A stretch of 64,000 nt of DNA from NCBI GenBank assembly GCA_042564455.1, contig JBHPLC010000007.1:10-64009 (forward strand). Reading direction: 5' to 3'. A program made the position numbers and the translations under genes. This DNA comes from Candidatus Zhuqueibacterota bacterium. GTDB taxonomy: Bacteria > SM23-31. Shown piece after piece: positions 39,003 through 49,296 of the stretch (positions within the stretch are counted from its first letter, which is position 1; every line of letters starts with the position of its first letter). A model generated the notes under the pieces. It was not told the origin of the DNA and did not search any database. It saw only the letters and a list, made by a program, of their open reading frames with translations.

Positions 39003-39113
39003 CGGGGCTTATTACTTAATATCTCTATAATTTTCCTTAGTTGTTTCACTCCTCAGGGGACATTACTCGTCCTTATATATGATTCGGGATAACAATTAGG
39101 TAATGTGTTCCCG
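39003..39113. repeat. Degenerate inverted-repeat element (GGGGACATTAC/GTAATGTGTTCCC type)
   Basis: CGGGGCTTATTACTTAAT (39003), GGGGACATTAC (39056) and inverted ATTAGGTAATGTGTTCCCG (39095). Confidence 0.45.
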
Positions 39114-39214
39114 TAATATCCTTATTACTTTCTGTCAGAATCTTTTCTGCTCAGCTGGACTGTCTGTCAATAACCTCAATAACTTTAATCATATTTCTCG
39201 TAACATATAAAGAA

Positions 39215-39291
39215 TTCCCCCTTTGAAGGGGGAACTAAAGGGGATTGCCCTCACTTTCTCCCCCTTAAAAAAGGGGGAATAAAAGGGGGTT
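39215..39291. repeat. Two tandem REP-like CCCCCTT..AAGGGGG elements
   Basis: Same family and tandem layout as 8681-8749. Confidence 0.85.
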
Positions 39292-39398
39292 GTAAATCAT
39301 AAAATAATAACACATAGAATATATTGGAACAAAATCTATTTTTATTTGTAACACTAATAATTCTTCTTGTGACTAAAACATTTATTTTGGTATAATCT

Positions 39399-40655
39399 AT
39401 GGTTAAATCTAATACTAAAATGTTTTACCACTATGTTTGTATTCTCTGTATTGCTCTGCTGATATCCGTATACTCCTGTAAAAAATCTCCCACGGAGCAT
39501 GCCAACTCACGTCCCGTTGTTTCAGAAATAACCGCCGATCCTTCATATATTAAATATGTATATTCCGACACAGCGGCGTATTCATTGATAACTGTTTCTG
39601 CACACGATCCTGACGGTGACGCCCTGACCTATGATTTCTCCGCAATAAACGGTGAGATCCATGATGCAGTGGGTAACAAGGCAAAATACTATCCTGTTGA
39701 ATTCACAGGTATGACAAATGTCGCCTGCCGTGTAAGCGACAGGGAATTGTATAAGGACTGTGAAGTTGATATCTTTGTCAATTACCAGGCAAACAGTGCG
39801 CCCGAGATAAAGAGTTATAACAGGTATCCTCAGCATTCTTTTGTAGATGAATTCTGGACGGTAAATCCTGTAATGCTGGAGGTGGTTGTTAAAAATATAA
39901 ATCATGACGGATTGACGTATACCTTTGAGACTGAGCAGGGGATTTTATCTGATCAAGACAGTAATATGGTTAAATATACACCCCCTGTAGGAGAAGGAGA
40001 GTATTATATAAACTGTATAGTCAGTGACAGATTTGATATCGACTCCTGTTTAATAACAGTTCGGGAAATAGAAATGTCTTATGATCTGCAGAATTACACA
40101 AGGATAGCATTTTCATCTGACAGAACTGGGGATTTTGAAATATACACTATACGTCCTGATGGAACAGATTTGAAAAGACTTACTAATAGTCCGGGAAATG
40201 ACCTGTGGCCAGATTGGTCACCAGATGGCTCACAAATCGTTTTTACATCAACACGCAGTGGAAGCAGTGATATATGGGTGATGGACTCTGATGGCTCGAA
40301 TCAGACACAACTTACATATGTAATTCAACCTAATAATCTTATAGATTCTGAGTATTATCCGCGATGGTCACCAGACGGATCAAAAATAATGTTTACATAT
40401 GACAGGTTTACGAAAATTGAATTATTTATTATTAATCCTGACGGTTCAGATGTAAAAGGAGTCAAATTTCTTAGCAGTTATTATACTGAAGATTATGGTG
40501 ATTGATCACCGGATGGTTTAAATGTGGTATTTACTTCTTTTAAGACTGGAGAAGATAATTTATTTAGATCAAGTGTTAGTGAGAATGCCTGGGGACAATT
40601 GACATTTGAAAGAAAAGCAAATATCTATCCATCATGGTCACCCGTTATTAAATAG
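39399..40655 (+). pseudogene. TolB-like (PD40 repeat) lipoprotein with Ig-like N-terminus, interrupted by an in-frame TGA
   Basis: YSC lipobox; IAFSSDRTG, WSPDG repeats; TGA 40503-40505 sits in D*SPDG and the frame continues 49 aa to TAG 40655. Confidence 0.8.
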
Positions 40656-40693
40656 CAGTAAAAACCATAGTTATAATTTTTTCCTGGCATTAA

Positions 40694-41329
40694 TTACTTT
40701 TCCGCAGAAACCAGGAACAAAGGAAAGTCTTTGTTCTTGCCGTTTTCGGTGGTTTTGTTAACAGTGTAGATTATAGAGTGGTCTATTTCCTTGAAACCTG
40801 CTTTCCTGAAAAGGTCAATCATCGTTTCTTTATTGAAACCGTGATGCTCTACAGCGCTTCCTGTGCCGTGATAATCCCCGCTTTCCTTTACCAGATCAAC
40901 AACAGCGATCCTGCCGCTGTCCTTCAGCGATCTGTACAGACGCTCCAATACTAAAGGCAGGTTTTTCACATGGTGAAATGTCATTGTGCTTACAATTATA
41001 TCATATATGTAATCACCGATCTCTTCTTCCTGTGCATCCATGGCTTTTAACTCAACATTATTGATATTCTGCTCTTTAAGTTTATTTCTAAAAATGTCAA
41101 TCATGCCCTCAGAAGTATCTATCATTGTGATCTTCTTTACATGGGGAACAAGTTTGAGTGTCACATTTCCGGTACCGCCGCCGAAGTCAAGGATCTCCAT
41201 TTCCGGTTCTAACGGAAGAAGAAAAACTAATTTATCTGCTATCTCCTCGGAGCGCTTTACCCTTACCTGGTCTTTATCCCAGTCTGCAGAAAATTCATCA
41301 AAGTATTTTACAGACTCTTTTTCGTTCAT
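40694..41329 (-). CDS. Class I SAM-dependent methyltransferase
   Basis: ILDFGGGTG, IDTSEGM, YDIIVSTMTFHH. Confidence 0.92.
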   Translation of the reverse strand: MNEKESVKYFDEFSADWDKDQVRVKRSEEIADKLVFLLPLEPEMEILDFGGGTGNVTLKLVPHVKKITMIDTSEGMIDIFRNKLKEQNINNVELKAMDAQEEEIGDYIYDIIVSTMTFHHVKNLPLVLERLYRSLKDSGRIAVVDLVKESGDYHGTGSAVEHHGFNKETMIDLFRKAGFKEIDHSIIYTVNKTTENGKNKDFPLFLVSAEK

Positions 41330-41347
41330 ATATCATAAAATTTTCAT

Positions 41348-42274
41348 TTACTTTTTCATGAATTCAATTATCTTTTTGTTTACTGTATCAGGTTTCTCAT
41401 AATGAGGAATATGTCCAGCCTTTTCAACAATAAACAACTCTGCAGCCGGAATTACTTCCATAACAAGTTCGCTTATCTCTACTGGTATATTATTGTCTTC
41501 CTTACCCCAGATTATCAGAAAATCCATGTCGGATTTCCCTATACGTTCAAATTCATCGGTGAAATCCTCCCTGTAGTAGAATATCGAAGTCGATGCAAGT
41601 GCCCGGAAGAAACCCTTATACAGCATTTGGGGCCTGTATTTGTCGGGGTATCCGGGAAATCTGTCCGGATCATAAAGATCACCAAGCTGTCCCTCAGCCA
41701 TATTATCCGCATCATCTTTTAACAGATTGGTCAATCTCTCAAGATAACTTACGGGATACTGTTCAAAAGCGCTGGTATATTCCGTATCGATAAAAATGAT
41801 CTTTTCAACTTTATCAGGATTCCTGTCTGCAAAAGTTGCCGCAACTGACCCTCCCAGTGACATTCCCACTAATGTGACTGTCCGCTCTACCTTGAGGGCT
41901 GTAAGCAGCTCGGATAACTGCCTGTAAAATAGCTCATGGTCATGTCGGACATCCGGCCTGTCGGAATAACCTCTCCCGTAAAAGTCGAATCTCAAAACAC
42001 TTAAACCCGCATCTGCAAGCTGATCAAAATTATTATCCCATATATACATAGGAACAGAATAACCGGCTATCAGAACTATGACCTTCCCTTCAGAATTGTC
42101 TTTGTATTCATAGTGAACGTAGCCATCGGAAAGTTTTATGAATTCACCCGGGGCTTCCGCTCTTACTTTATCATCGATTTCCAGTGTTCCGTATTCCTGG
42201 GCAGTACATGAATACTGCAGCATCGGAAAGAACAGAAAAAGGACAGAAACAAGTATTTTTTTCATAAAATTCAT
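41348..42274 (-). CDS. Alpha/beta hydrolase lipoprotein
   Basis: FDFYGRGYS, GMSLGG, IWGKED, AGHIPHYE. Confidence 0.9.
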   Translation of the reverse strand: MNFMKKILVSVLFLFFPMLQYSCTAQEYGTLEIDDKVRAEAPGEFIKLSDGYVHYEYKDNSEGKVIVLIAGYSVPMYIWDNNFDQLADAGLSVLRFDFYGRGYSDRPDVRHDHELFYRQLSELLTALKVERTVTLVGMSLGGSVAATFADRNPDKVEKIIFIDTEYTSAFEQYPVSYLERLTNLLKDDADNMAEGQLGDLYDPDRFPGYPDKYRPQMLYKGFFRALASTSIFYYREDFTDEFERIGKSDMDFLIIWGKEDNNIPVEISELVMEVIPAAELFIVEKAGHIPHYEKPDTVNKKIIEFMKK

Positions 42275-42294
42275 TTATCCGTTATTGAAGTATT

Positions 42295-43410
42295 TTATTG
42301 CCGTGTTATAGTTTTTATTTCAAAAGTTTCTTCATCGGCTTCAACAATATCCAGATCTATACTGCCCAGAAGAAGTTCATTGGTCGTTTTTACTTCTATA
42401 CGCCATTCTCCAGGCTCAATGTTCTCTTTGACAGTATACAGCCTGTATCCGTCGTCCCTTCCTCCTGTAATATCACACTCGATCTTATCGGTCGTAAGCC
42501 ACATGTCCTGACTCTCTGAGTATCTCTGCCAGTGGTGAAATATCGAGGTTTTCAGGTCGGAAGATGCAAATACAGCAGTAAAACATATTACCCTGTTATT
42601 GTCAGAATATTTATAAGGATTTTCCGAGTTCTTCCACGGTTTGTACCATGGTGGTTTTTCAAATGACAGGTTATAATGAAGAATGCCGTTTTCGGTGACT
42701 TTCTCCACATTTCTATAGATCCCGTAAAATTTTAAGGACAGGGGTACAGGTGGGATCCAGTTGAAAACATAAAATATCATCAAAATTCCGAACAGAACAG
42801 GCGGGATCGATCTTGATATATTAAATGTCTTCTTAGCGGGAAAATCCCCGAACCGTCTGATCATATATAAAATAGATTCAACTATTCCAAGACTTAAAAA
42901 GCCTCCCAATAAAAATGTCGTTAATCCGAAGTGCCTGAAAAGTACAGGAATGAAGAATATAAAAAATGAAAAATTGACCAGGAAAAAAAGTGATATCTGG
43001 AAATAAACATTATGGTATCTCTTTTCGAGAAATTCATTCACAACAAGGAAAACAAGCAGGAAGATAAAGAATATAGATGCTTTAGTGAAAGATGAACTCT
43101 GAAAGTAAAAAACCACATATGCACTGAAAAGTCCTCCAAGCAGAAACTGTATGACATATGAATACCATTTGCTGTATTTTGAAAGAAGAGGCCTCAACTT
43201 TGTGCCGTTATCTATCAGGTTCATCAGAATGATCAAGCCCCCTAAAAGGATCAGGTAAGCTAAAAGGATAAGATTATCCAGAAGCCGATCGATCCTCGTA
43301 AGAGTGACACTATCCCATAAAAAGCCGCCGAAAAAAGCCCCTGCCGGCAGAAACTTTTTCACTTTAGGATCCTGTATATATGCGGTGAATTTTTTTGTGT
43401 AATTGATCAT
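42295..43410 (-). CDS. DUF2914 domain membrane protein
   Basis: GFLWDSVTLTRID, IPPVPLS, ITGGRDDGYRLYT, PGEWRIEV. Confidence 0.85.
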   Translation of the reverse strand: MINYTKKFTAYIQDPKVKKFLPAGAFFGGFLWDSVTLTRIDRLLDNLILLAYLILLGGLIILMNLIDNGTKLRPLLSKYSKWYSYVIQFLLGGLFSAYVVFYFQSSSFTKASIFFIFLLVFLVVNEFLEKRYHNVYFQISLFFLVNFSFFIFFIPVLFRHFGLTTFLLGGFLSLGIVESILYMIRRFGDFPAKKTFNISRSIPPVLFGILMIFYVFNWIPPVPLSLKFYGIYRNVEKVTENGILHYNLSFEKPPWYKPWKNSENPYKYSDNNRVICFTAVFASSDLKTSIFHHWQRYSESQDMWLTTDKIECDITGGRDDGYRLYTVKENIEPGEWRIEVKTTNELLLGSIDLDIVEADEETFEIKTITRQ

Positions 43411-44333
43411 AGGCCTTTCCGGTCATCATCCGAAATGGTCAGTTTAGCATCAATAAATTCCCTATGAGGTATATGAAGGTTTTCCGATATTGACCGGATC
43501 TCCTCTATCTCCTTGTTTGATGTATTATCTGAGCTGTTTGCTATATGAAAAAGTGTTTTTATGAATTCCCTTCTTTCTTCAGCGGTGGTGCATTCATAAT
43601 AACTTCTTGTCAGCCGGTAATAATCAAGCCCTTTCATTACACTTGTAAAACTCAAACCCGCAACCAGGGCTGCTTCATTTTCTCCCAGATTCCAGTCTTT
43701 CTTTATTATCTGCTGAATCGTGATCTTTTCTTCGTCGGTCAGCTCTTTATCCGCCCATGCAACTCTTGACATCAGGCCCGAAGCAAGACATAGTTTTCTG
43801 AGCTGTCCCTCCTCCAGATCAATTTTTAAGCCCTGGTTTTCAAGAGTCGATACCAATGCAAAATAAATAGTGTTCTTTATATAATCGTCTATCCTTGCTT
43901 CTCTCTGGATTCCGGTCAGATAACTTTCCGACCGGTTGGTCACTGTTTTTTTGAACAGACTGCCGATCTGGTTAAAAACTCCGGTGTTTTTATTCACTAA
44001 TCCCTCTTTTATCTTCTCAAGCATCAGAAGTTCCGATTCATCGAGCTCCATGTCCGATGCAAACAGTTTTGAAATATACTTATCAACAAAATCTTTATCT
44101 TCGTCTGTTTTGATTTCAAGCAGTAACTGATCAAGCAGGCTTTCCGCTTCTTTTTGACTGACCGGGGCGTCAATATACATATTCAGAATGTCCCATTCAT
44201 CATCTGTGATATCTGGGATGTTGAACATAAGGTCCTTTAAGGCATTGATTTCATTTATATCCATTTTCCCGTCGGCCCATGCAGCAGCGACCATCAGTTT
44301 CCCCAGTGTCATAATAAGTTTTCTTGAAGGCAT
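43407..44333 (-). CDS. TerB-family protein (two TerB-like domains)
   Basis: AAAWADG..EI and RVAWAD..EE; 4-nt ATGA overlap with the DUF2914 gene. Confidence 0.85.
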   Translation of the reverse strand: MPSRKLIMTLGKLMVAAAWADGKMDINEINALKDLMFNIPDITDDEWDILNMYIDAPVSQKEAESLLDQLLLEIKTDEDKDFVDKYISKLFASDMELDESELLMLEKIKEGLVNKNTGVFNQIGSLFKKTVTNRSESYLTGIQREARIDDYIKNTIYFALVSTLENQGLKIDLEEGQLRKLCLASGLMSRVAWADKELTDEEKITIQQIIKKDWNLGENEAALVAGLSFTSVMKGLDYYRLTRSYYECTTAEERREFIKTLFHIANSSDNTSNKEIEEIRSISENLHIPHREFIDAKLTISDDDRKGL

Positions 44334-44375
44334 TATGTTTTCCTGTAATTTGGTTATTGGTCTTTTATAAAGATG

Positions 44376-45320
44376 TTATTTGATGTTCATATATTTTTTC
44401 TTGAGGTCCGGGATCTCCCAGGGCAAAATTATTCTGCCCGGTCTGTTTAATTCGTCCTTTACACGCATCACGGATAATCCGATATATCTTTCATTGATTC
44501 CTCTTGATGCGGTCCAGTCTCTGAATGGTGTGTCAAAAGTTGACATATTTATGGTTGTCGATTCCCTGATATATAATCCATCGTTTTTTCTTATTGCCAT
44601 TAACATATGTGCTGCAAAAATATCGGTCTTATCTGCGAAAATTATCGCCATGATATCACCGGTTTTGAGGTTATTCCCGATCTTTTCAACATCTTCAAAA
44701 GGAATGTAGTCTATCGTGATCTCCCTGTCAGGTTTTATATGCCTCAGGTCGGTTATACCTTTATTCTCAAAAAAATTCTTATGCGATATCGTTCTGGTTG
44801 CTGTCTTGGTATAGCTGCCGCCAGTTTTACGGGTGACATCATCCAGTATCCAGCCATTCTCCGGAAGCCAGTCACCCATGGTATAATGGTTGCGGGAACG
44901 CATACCTATAACACCGTCTTTATACCGTATCTGCTGCAGATTGTTAAAAAAATTATCCCAGCTGTCGGAAATTGCCAGCGCCAGAACATGTTCGCAGTAG
45001 ACCATGCAGTTTGTATTCTGGAAATTTACAAGCGGCCAGTCCTCTAAAAGCGCATAAGGTCCATCACCAGTACTTTCCCAGCTGTAATCCATCCCCAGGA
45101 AAAGACCGGAATAATAATCCATTTTTTCAGTTATGGTTTTATTTGTCCGGCTTATCTCTGTCAGCACGGAATCGATCACAGAATTATCCATGACAGAGAT
45201 CGGGGCTTTTAATTTCGATGTTGATCCGCACCCGGACAGCAATAATACAATTAATGATGAAATTATTAAGTAATGCGATTTCTTAGTTTTTAGAAATAGG
45301 GTTTTAACTGTCACGGACAT
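44376..45320 (-). CDS. DUF1460 N-acetylmuramoyl-L-alanine amidase-like lipoprotein
   Basis: LSGC lipobox; NCMVYCEHVLAL, IRYKDG, RNHY, GDIMAI..H. Confidence 0.85.
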   Translation of the reverse strand: MSVTVKTLFLKTKKSHYLIISSLIVLLLSGCGSTSKLKAPISVMDNSVIDSVLTEISRTNKTITEKMDYYSGLFLGMDYSWESTGDGPYALLEDWPLVNFQNTNCMVYCEHVLALAISDSWDNFFNNLQQIRYKDGVIGMRSRNHYTMGDWLPENGWILDDVTRKTGGSYTKTATRTISHKNFFENKGITDLRHIKPDREITIDYIPFEDVEKIGNNLKTGDIMAIIFADKTDIFAAHMLMAIRKNDGLYIRESTTINMSTFDTPFRDWTASRGINERYIGLSVMRVKDELNRPGRIILPWEIPDLKKKYMNIK

Positions 45321-45417
45321 TCCTTTGTTCTATAATACTATGTTCAATAAAGTAATACGGAATAAATATAAATAATGTTTTCCAGATAGAATTCATAAAG
45401 CAGTAAAAAACATTATA

Positions 45418-45444
45418 AGATTCTGAAATTATTTCAGAATGACA
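45418..45444 (-). repeat. Isolated REP-like palindrome (TGTCATT..AATCT type)
   Basis: Minus strand TGTCATTCTGAAATAATTTCAGAATCT shares its termini with the 8810-9300 elements. Confidence 0.55.
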
Positions 45445-45587
45445 AGAAAAATGTGGACTTTTCAAAAAAATATCAGTCATTCAGGAGAATGGTTTCATTT
45501 TTACACAATATTTTCAAAAAATAAAATTCAGCTTTAATAAGTAAATTTTAATTCTTACATTATTAAGATTAATAATTCTCTAATTGT

Positions 45588-46499
45588 ATGGTTAAAAAAG
45601 ATGCATTAGACAGACTTGCTCAATTGAACAGGGGTGAGTTGAAAAATGTTCCGGGCTCAGAAAAAATCGAACCGGAAAAAACACAGGAGAAATCCATTCC
45701 TCAGGGTAAGCAGTTGGATATTGTTCAGGAACCGGCTTTAGCTATCAACAGAAAACGGGTTGATCATATTCCGCTTGAAGAAGCCGCACCCGGAAAGATA
45801 ACCAGATCGGAAGATGGAGAATTCCTGCTTTTAAAATGGAAGTTTAAGGATCTGAGGAAAAACGCTAAAAAGACCGTTAAGCAATTCCCCGTACAGCTCG
45901 CAAAGCTGCAGAATGCTAATGCTGAAAACGAGAATATTAAGGGATTTGACCTGATAAATGACATTCATCCCTCAAAAATACTTTTTCTTGATATCGAAAC
46001 ATGTGGTCTTTCGGCATCTCCTTTATTCCTGATCGGAGTAGCATATTTTACCGGTGAGGATTTCATTCTGCTGCAGTTATTTGCCAGGGATTACTCGGAA
46101 GAAAAACCGCTTCTGGCATATTTCAAAGATCTTTTTTCTCAGTATGATCTGCTGGTTACATTTAACGGAAAGTCTTTTGATTATCCCTTTATTTTGAACC
46201 GCGGAATTGAAAATGACATAAATTTTCAAAAAGATAAACTGCATATCGACCTTCTGCATGAAGTCAGAAAGAGGTGGAGCCGCAAGCTGCCTAACTGCAA
46301 ACTTCAGACAGTGGAAAAAATAATTTATGACCGGAGAAGGATTGGTGACATTCCGGGAAGCGAGATACCTCAGGTCTATCGGGAATTTGTCCGTACAGGT
46401 AATGCTGCCCTGGTAAAATCAATTTTAGAGCATAATGTCCTGGATATAATCACATTGATAGATATTGTCATAAGCATGTCAGAAGAAATATCTGTTTGA
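45588..46499 (+). CDS. RNase H-like DEDD exonuclease (YprB/RNase_H_2 family)
   Basis: LFLDIETCGL, VTFNGKSFD, HIDLLH, HNVLDI. Confidence 0.9.
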   Translation: MVKKDALDRLAQLNRGELKNVPGSEKIEPEKTQEKSIPQGKQLDIVQEPALAINRKRVDHIPLEEAAPGKITRSEDGEFLLLKWKFKDLRKNAKKTVKQFPVQLAKLQNANAENENIKGFDLINDIHPSKILFLDIETCGLSASPLFLIGVAYFTGEDFILLQLFARDYSEEKPLLAYFKDLFSQYDLLVTFNGKSFDYPFILNRGIENDINFQKDKLHIDLLHEVRKRWSRKLPNCKLQTVEKIIYDRRRIGDIPGSEIPQVYREFVRTGNAALVKSILEHNVLDIITLIDIVISMSEEISV

Positions 46500-46521
46500 T
46501 CTAATATTAAGAACTGTAAAA

Positions 46522-47226
46522 ATGACCGATAAGGAAAAAATACCTCTTAAACAAAAAATCTTTTTATGGTTTGGCGATCATGTTATTGGTAATTTTATCA
46601 GACTTCTAAAGAAAAGTGTAAAACTTACGGTTGTTGGAGAAGAAAATCTAAAAAGGACCCTTGAGGAGAACGACGGAAAAGCCATCTTCGCATTCTGGCA
46701 CGGAAATATGGTGATCCCGATGATGAAACATATTGGTGAAGGTGTTTTAGTTTTGGTCTCTGAACATGGTGACGGGGAGATCATTGCAAAAGTATTAAAG
46801 AGTCTTGGTTACGGACTGGTAAGAGGTTCCACGACCAGGGGCGGCCCAAAAGCCATGAAAGAGATGTTCAAACTTATGAAGCATCCAAATATTATTGGAA
46901 TAACTCCCGACGGGCCCAAAGGACCATACCGCGAGTTAAAAATTGGCACAGTTCTGGTATCACAGCGAACAGGTATTCCGATTTTACCAATGTCAGCATA
47001 TACCAATAAACCGGCTTTTTTGAAAAGCTGGGATAAATTTCATGTAGTAAAACCGTTTTCTCATTGCGTCCTTATGTACGGGGAACCGGTAAAGATCGAA
47101 AGAGATATCAGCGGGGATGATCTTGAAGAAGAGCGCGAAAGAGTCGAAAAAGCGATCCAAAAGTTAGATGAAACAGCGGAAGCATATTTCAAAAGTAATT
47201 CAGATCTATCAGATCATTTAAAGTAA
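46522..47226 (+). CDS. DUF374 lysophospholipid/lipid A acyltransferase family protein
   Basis: AFWHG, SEHGDGE, VRGS..RGG, ITPDGPKGP, SWD; next to lpxK. Confidence 0.9.
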   Translation: MTDKEKIPLKQKIFLWFGDHVIGNFIRLLKKSVKLTVVGEENLKRTLEENDGKAIFAFWHGNMVIPMMKHIGEGVLVLVSEHGDGEIIAKVLKSLGYGLVRGSTTRGGPKAMKEMFKLMKHPNIIGITPDGPKGPYRELKIGTVLVSQRTGIPILPMSAYTNKPAFLKSWDKFHVVKPFSHCVLMYGEPVKIERDISGDDLEEERERVEKAIQKLDETAEAYFKSNSDLSDHLK

Positions 47227-47345
47227 TATGCAGATTTCAGAAATATGATATAATATATCAATAAATTTTTGGTGGATAATTATATAAATAATTCAGATAT
47301 TGTCTTTTGGCAAATTTGGTCTTTAATTAAAATAAAAATACTAAA

Positions 47346-48371
47346 ATGAATATACTGATCAGTATTGTTCAGCCTTTATATCATTATTTAATAAGACTGA
47401 GAAACTATTTGTTCGATCACGGACTTTTTCGTTCTAAACGTGTTTCCGTACCGGTAATAAGCGTCGGAAACATATCATTTGGAGGTACTGGAAAAACTCC
47501 GGTTGTTATCTGGATAGCCCGGCAGATCAAAGAAGGAGGTTTCCTGCCCGTTGTTATATCCAGAGGTTATAAGAGAAAAAGTCTGTTTGCAAGAATTGTC
47601 AGTGATACCAAAGAAATAAAAACCAGGCGCATATGGGCCGGTGATGAACCATTCCTTATGGCTCATAAACTCAAAGGTATTCCTGTTGTTGTCAGCCGTA
47701 ACAGGGTCCGTGGTGCGCATAAAGCCATAAAACGCTTCAAACCGGATGCTATTATTCTTGATGATGGATTTCAGCATCGAAAAATTAAAAGAAATGTTGA
47801 TATTGTCCTGGTAGATTCACCGGAGACATTGAATAACAAAACACTCTTAAGAGAACCGATAAAAAGCCTGAGAAGGGCGCATGCCATATTGTTTACCAAG
47901 TATGATCAATATAAGGACTCTGAAGATATTAAAGATAATATGGTAAAAGTTCTTTCCTGTCCTGTTTTTAAAAGTCGGTTTGAGCCGGTTTTTATAAGAA
48001 ACGATAAAGGAAAAATTCCTGCTGATGTTTTGGACAAGAAAACTGTCTGGATAATTGCCGGAATAGGTAATCCAAAATATTTTGAACATACCGTTTTGGG
48101 TCTGGGTTCATATATAAGCAGAAAATTTATTTACAGAGATCATGCAAGATATCCGCGTTGGCGGGTAAAAAGAATAATTAAGAAGTTTAAGAATTCTTCA
48201 GCAGATTATCTATTAACTACTGAAAAAGACTGGTATAAAGTCAAAAAATGGATCCCTGACGATGTCCCCGGTTTTTATCTTGATATTGATATGAAGATAG
48301 ACCGCTCAAAGTTGCTGTTAAAACTGATCTACGATTTGACTTACCTGTATAAAGATGAAATACTTGAATAG
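47346..48371 (+). CDS. lpxK: Tetraacyldisaccharide 4'-kinase
   Basis: SVGNISFGGTGKTP, SRGY, GDEP, LDDGFQH, AGIGNP, TTEKD. Confidence 0.95.
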   Translation: MNILISIVQPLYHYLIRLRNYLFDHGLFRSKRVSVPVISVGNISFGGTGKTPVVIWIARQIKEGGFLPVVISRGYKRKSLFARIVSDTKEIKTRRIWAGDEPFLMAHKLKGIPVVVSRNRVRGAHKAIKRFKPDAIILDDGFQHRKIKRNVDIVLVDSPETLNNKTLLREPIKSLRRAHAILFTKYDQYKDSEDIKDNMVKVLSCPVFKSRFEPVFIRNDKGKIPADVLDKKTVWIIAGIGNPKYFEHTVLGLGSYISRKFIYRDHARYPRWRVKRIIKKFKNSSADYLLTTEKDWYKVKKWIPDDVPGFYLDIDMKIDRSKLLLKLIYDLTYLYKDEILE

Positions 48372-48378
48372 AGTTATA

Positions 48379-49062
48379 TTATATTCTCTGGGCAGATAAA
48401 AGCAGAATAAGGGTTTTCTTTGTGCTCTCATGCTTAATGGCAGTAAATATTGATATCTCGTTTTCTCTCAGTTCCGCAGGGGATGAATAGATAAGTTTAG
48501 GTATTTTCCCGCTGACACCGGTAATGTATTCATTAAGCTCAAATCTTCTTAATCTAATAGGGGCGGATGCTCCGGGTATGAAATCAATATCGAAAGAAAT
48601 ATTGAATACACCCCCCCCGATATCTAATGATGTGCTTTTCTTTTCTTCTATCCTGATAAATGCCTTGTCAAGTTCTTCATATTTCTGGAATGAATAATAT
48701 CCGTCAAGAAGTTCATGAATAATCACACTATCCGGAGACGATACGGCTTTTTCATCGTTGGAACCCAATAACAGGTGAGCTGTAACAAGAAACTGCTGAG
48801 TAGGAATATCAAAACTCATAAATAGAGTGTCAACTCTTGAAAGATATGTTGGTCTGTCATTGACAACGATCATATTTAACTCTTCAGAAATAGATACAAT
48901 GCCTCTGTTAGAAAGCATTGCTTTTACCAGAGGTTCAAATTCTGCAGCCGTTTTAAATCTGATCTTATAAGCTTTGGAAACAGGATCATCTTCCTGGGCA
49001 TAAGTGATAGAGCAGAATATGAATATTACAATGATTGTTAAGGATACTTTGATCTTTTTCAT
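48379..49062 (-). CDS. Secreted protein with one Secretin_N (NolW-like) domain
   Basis: Signal peptide; YKIRFKTAAEFEPLV..GIVSI..NMIVVND..DIPTQQ; no secretin barrel. Confidence 0.7.
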   Translation of the reverse strand: MKKIKVSLTIIVIFIFCSITYAQEDDPVSKAYKIRFKTAAEFEPLVKAMLSNRGIVSISEELNMIVVNDRPTYLSRVDTLFMSFDIPTQQFLVTAHLLLGSNDEKAVSSPDSVIIHELLDGYYSFQKYEELDKAFIRIEEKKSTSLDIGGGVFNISFDIDFIPGASAPIRLRRFELNEYITGVSGKIPKLIYSSPAELRENEISIFTAIKHESTKKTLILLLSAQRI

Positions 49063-49087
49063 TTTTAACCTGTTTTATCTATATATG

Positions 49088-49114
49088 ATATCGGCTTATT
49101 CTAAGTAAATATTA
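49088..49114 (-). promoter_or_regulatory. Possible sigma28 promoter
   Basis: TAAT-N15-GCCGATAT on the minus strand. Confidence 0.45.
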
Positions 49115-49296
49115 ACAAAACTCAAAATAAATCTTTCAAATACAAATATAAATCATATTATTGTCAATAACAAACTCTCACGTATCTTTAATACGCTTAC
49201 TGTAATATATTCTTGATATTTTTATAAGCTAATGTTATATTTCAAAGCTCCAAATATAACCTGGTATGTATAATATAATAAAATTGAAAAAATGAT

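Noticed and set aside
40503-40505. Genome-wide reassignment of UGA to Trp or Gly, or selenocysteine
   Set aside because: TGA ends many full-length genes here (972, 7308, 32834, 46499, 54290) and Trp is otherwise TGG. The position corresponds to Trp, not Cys.
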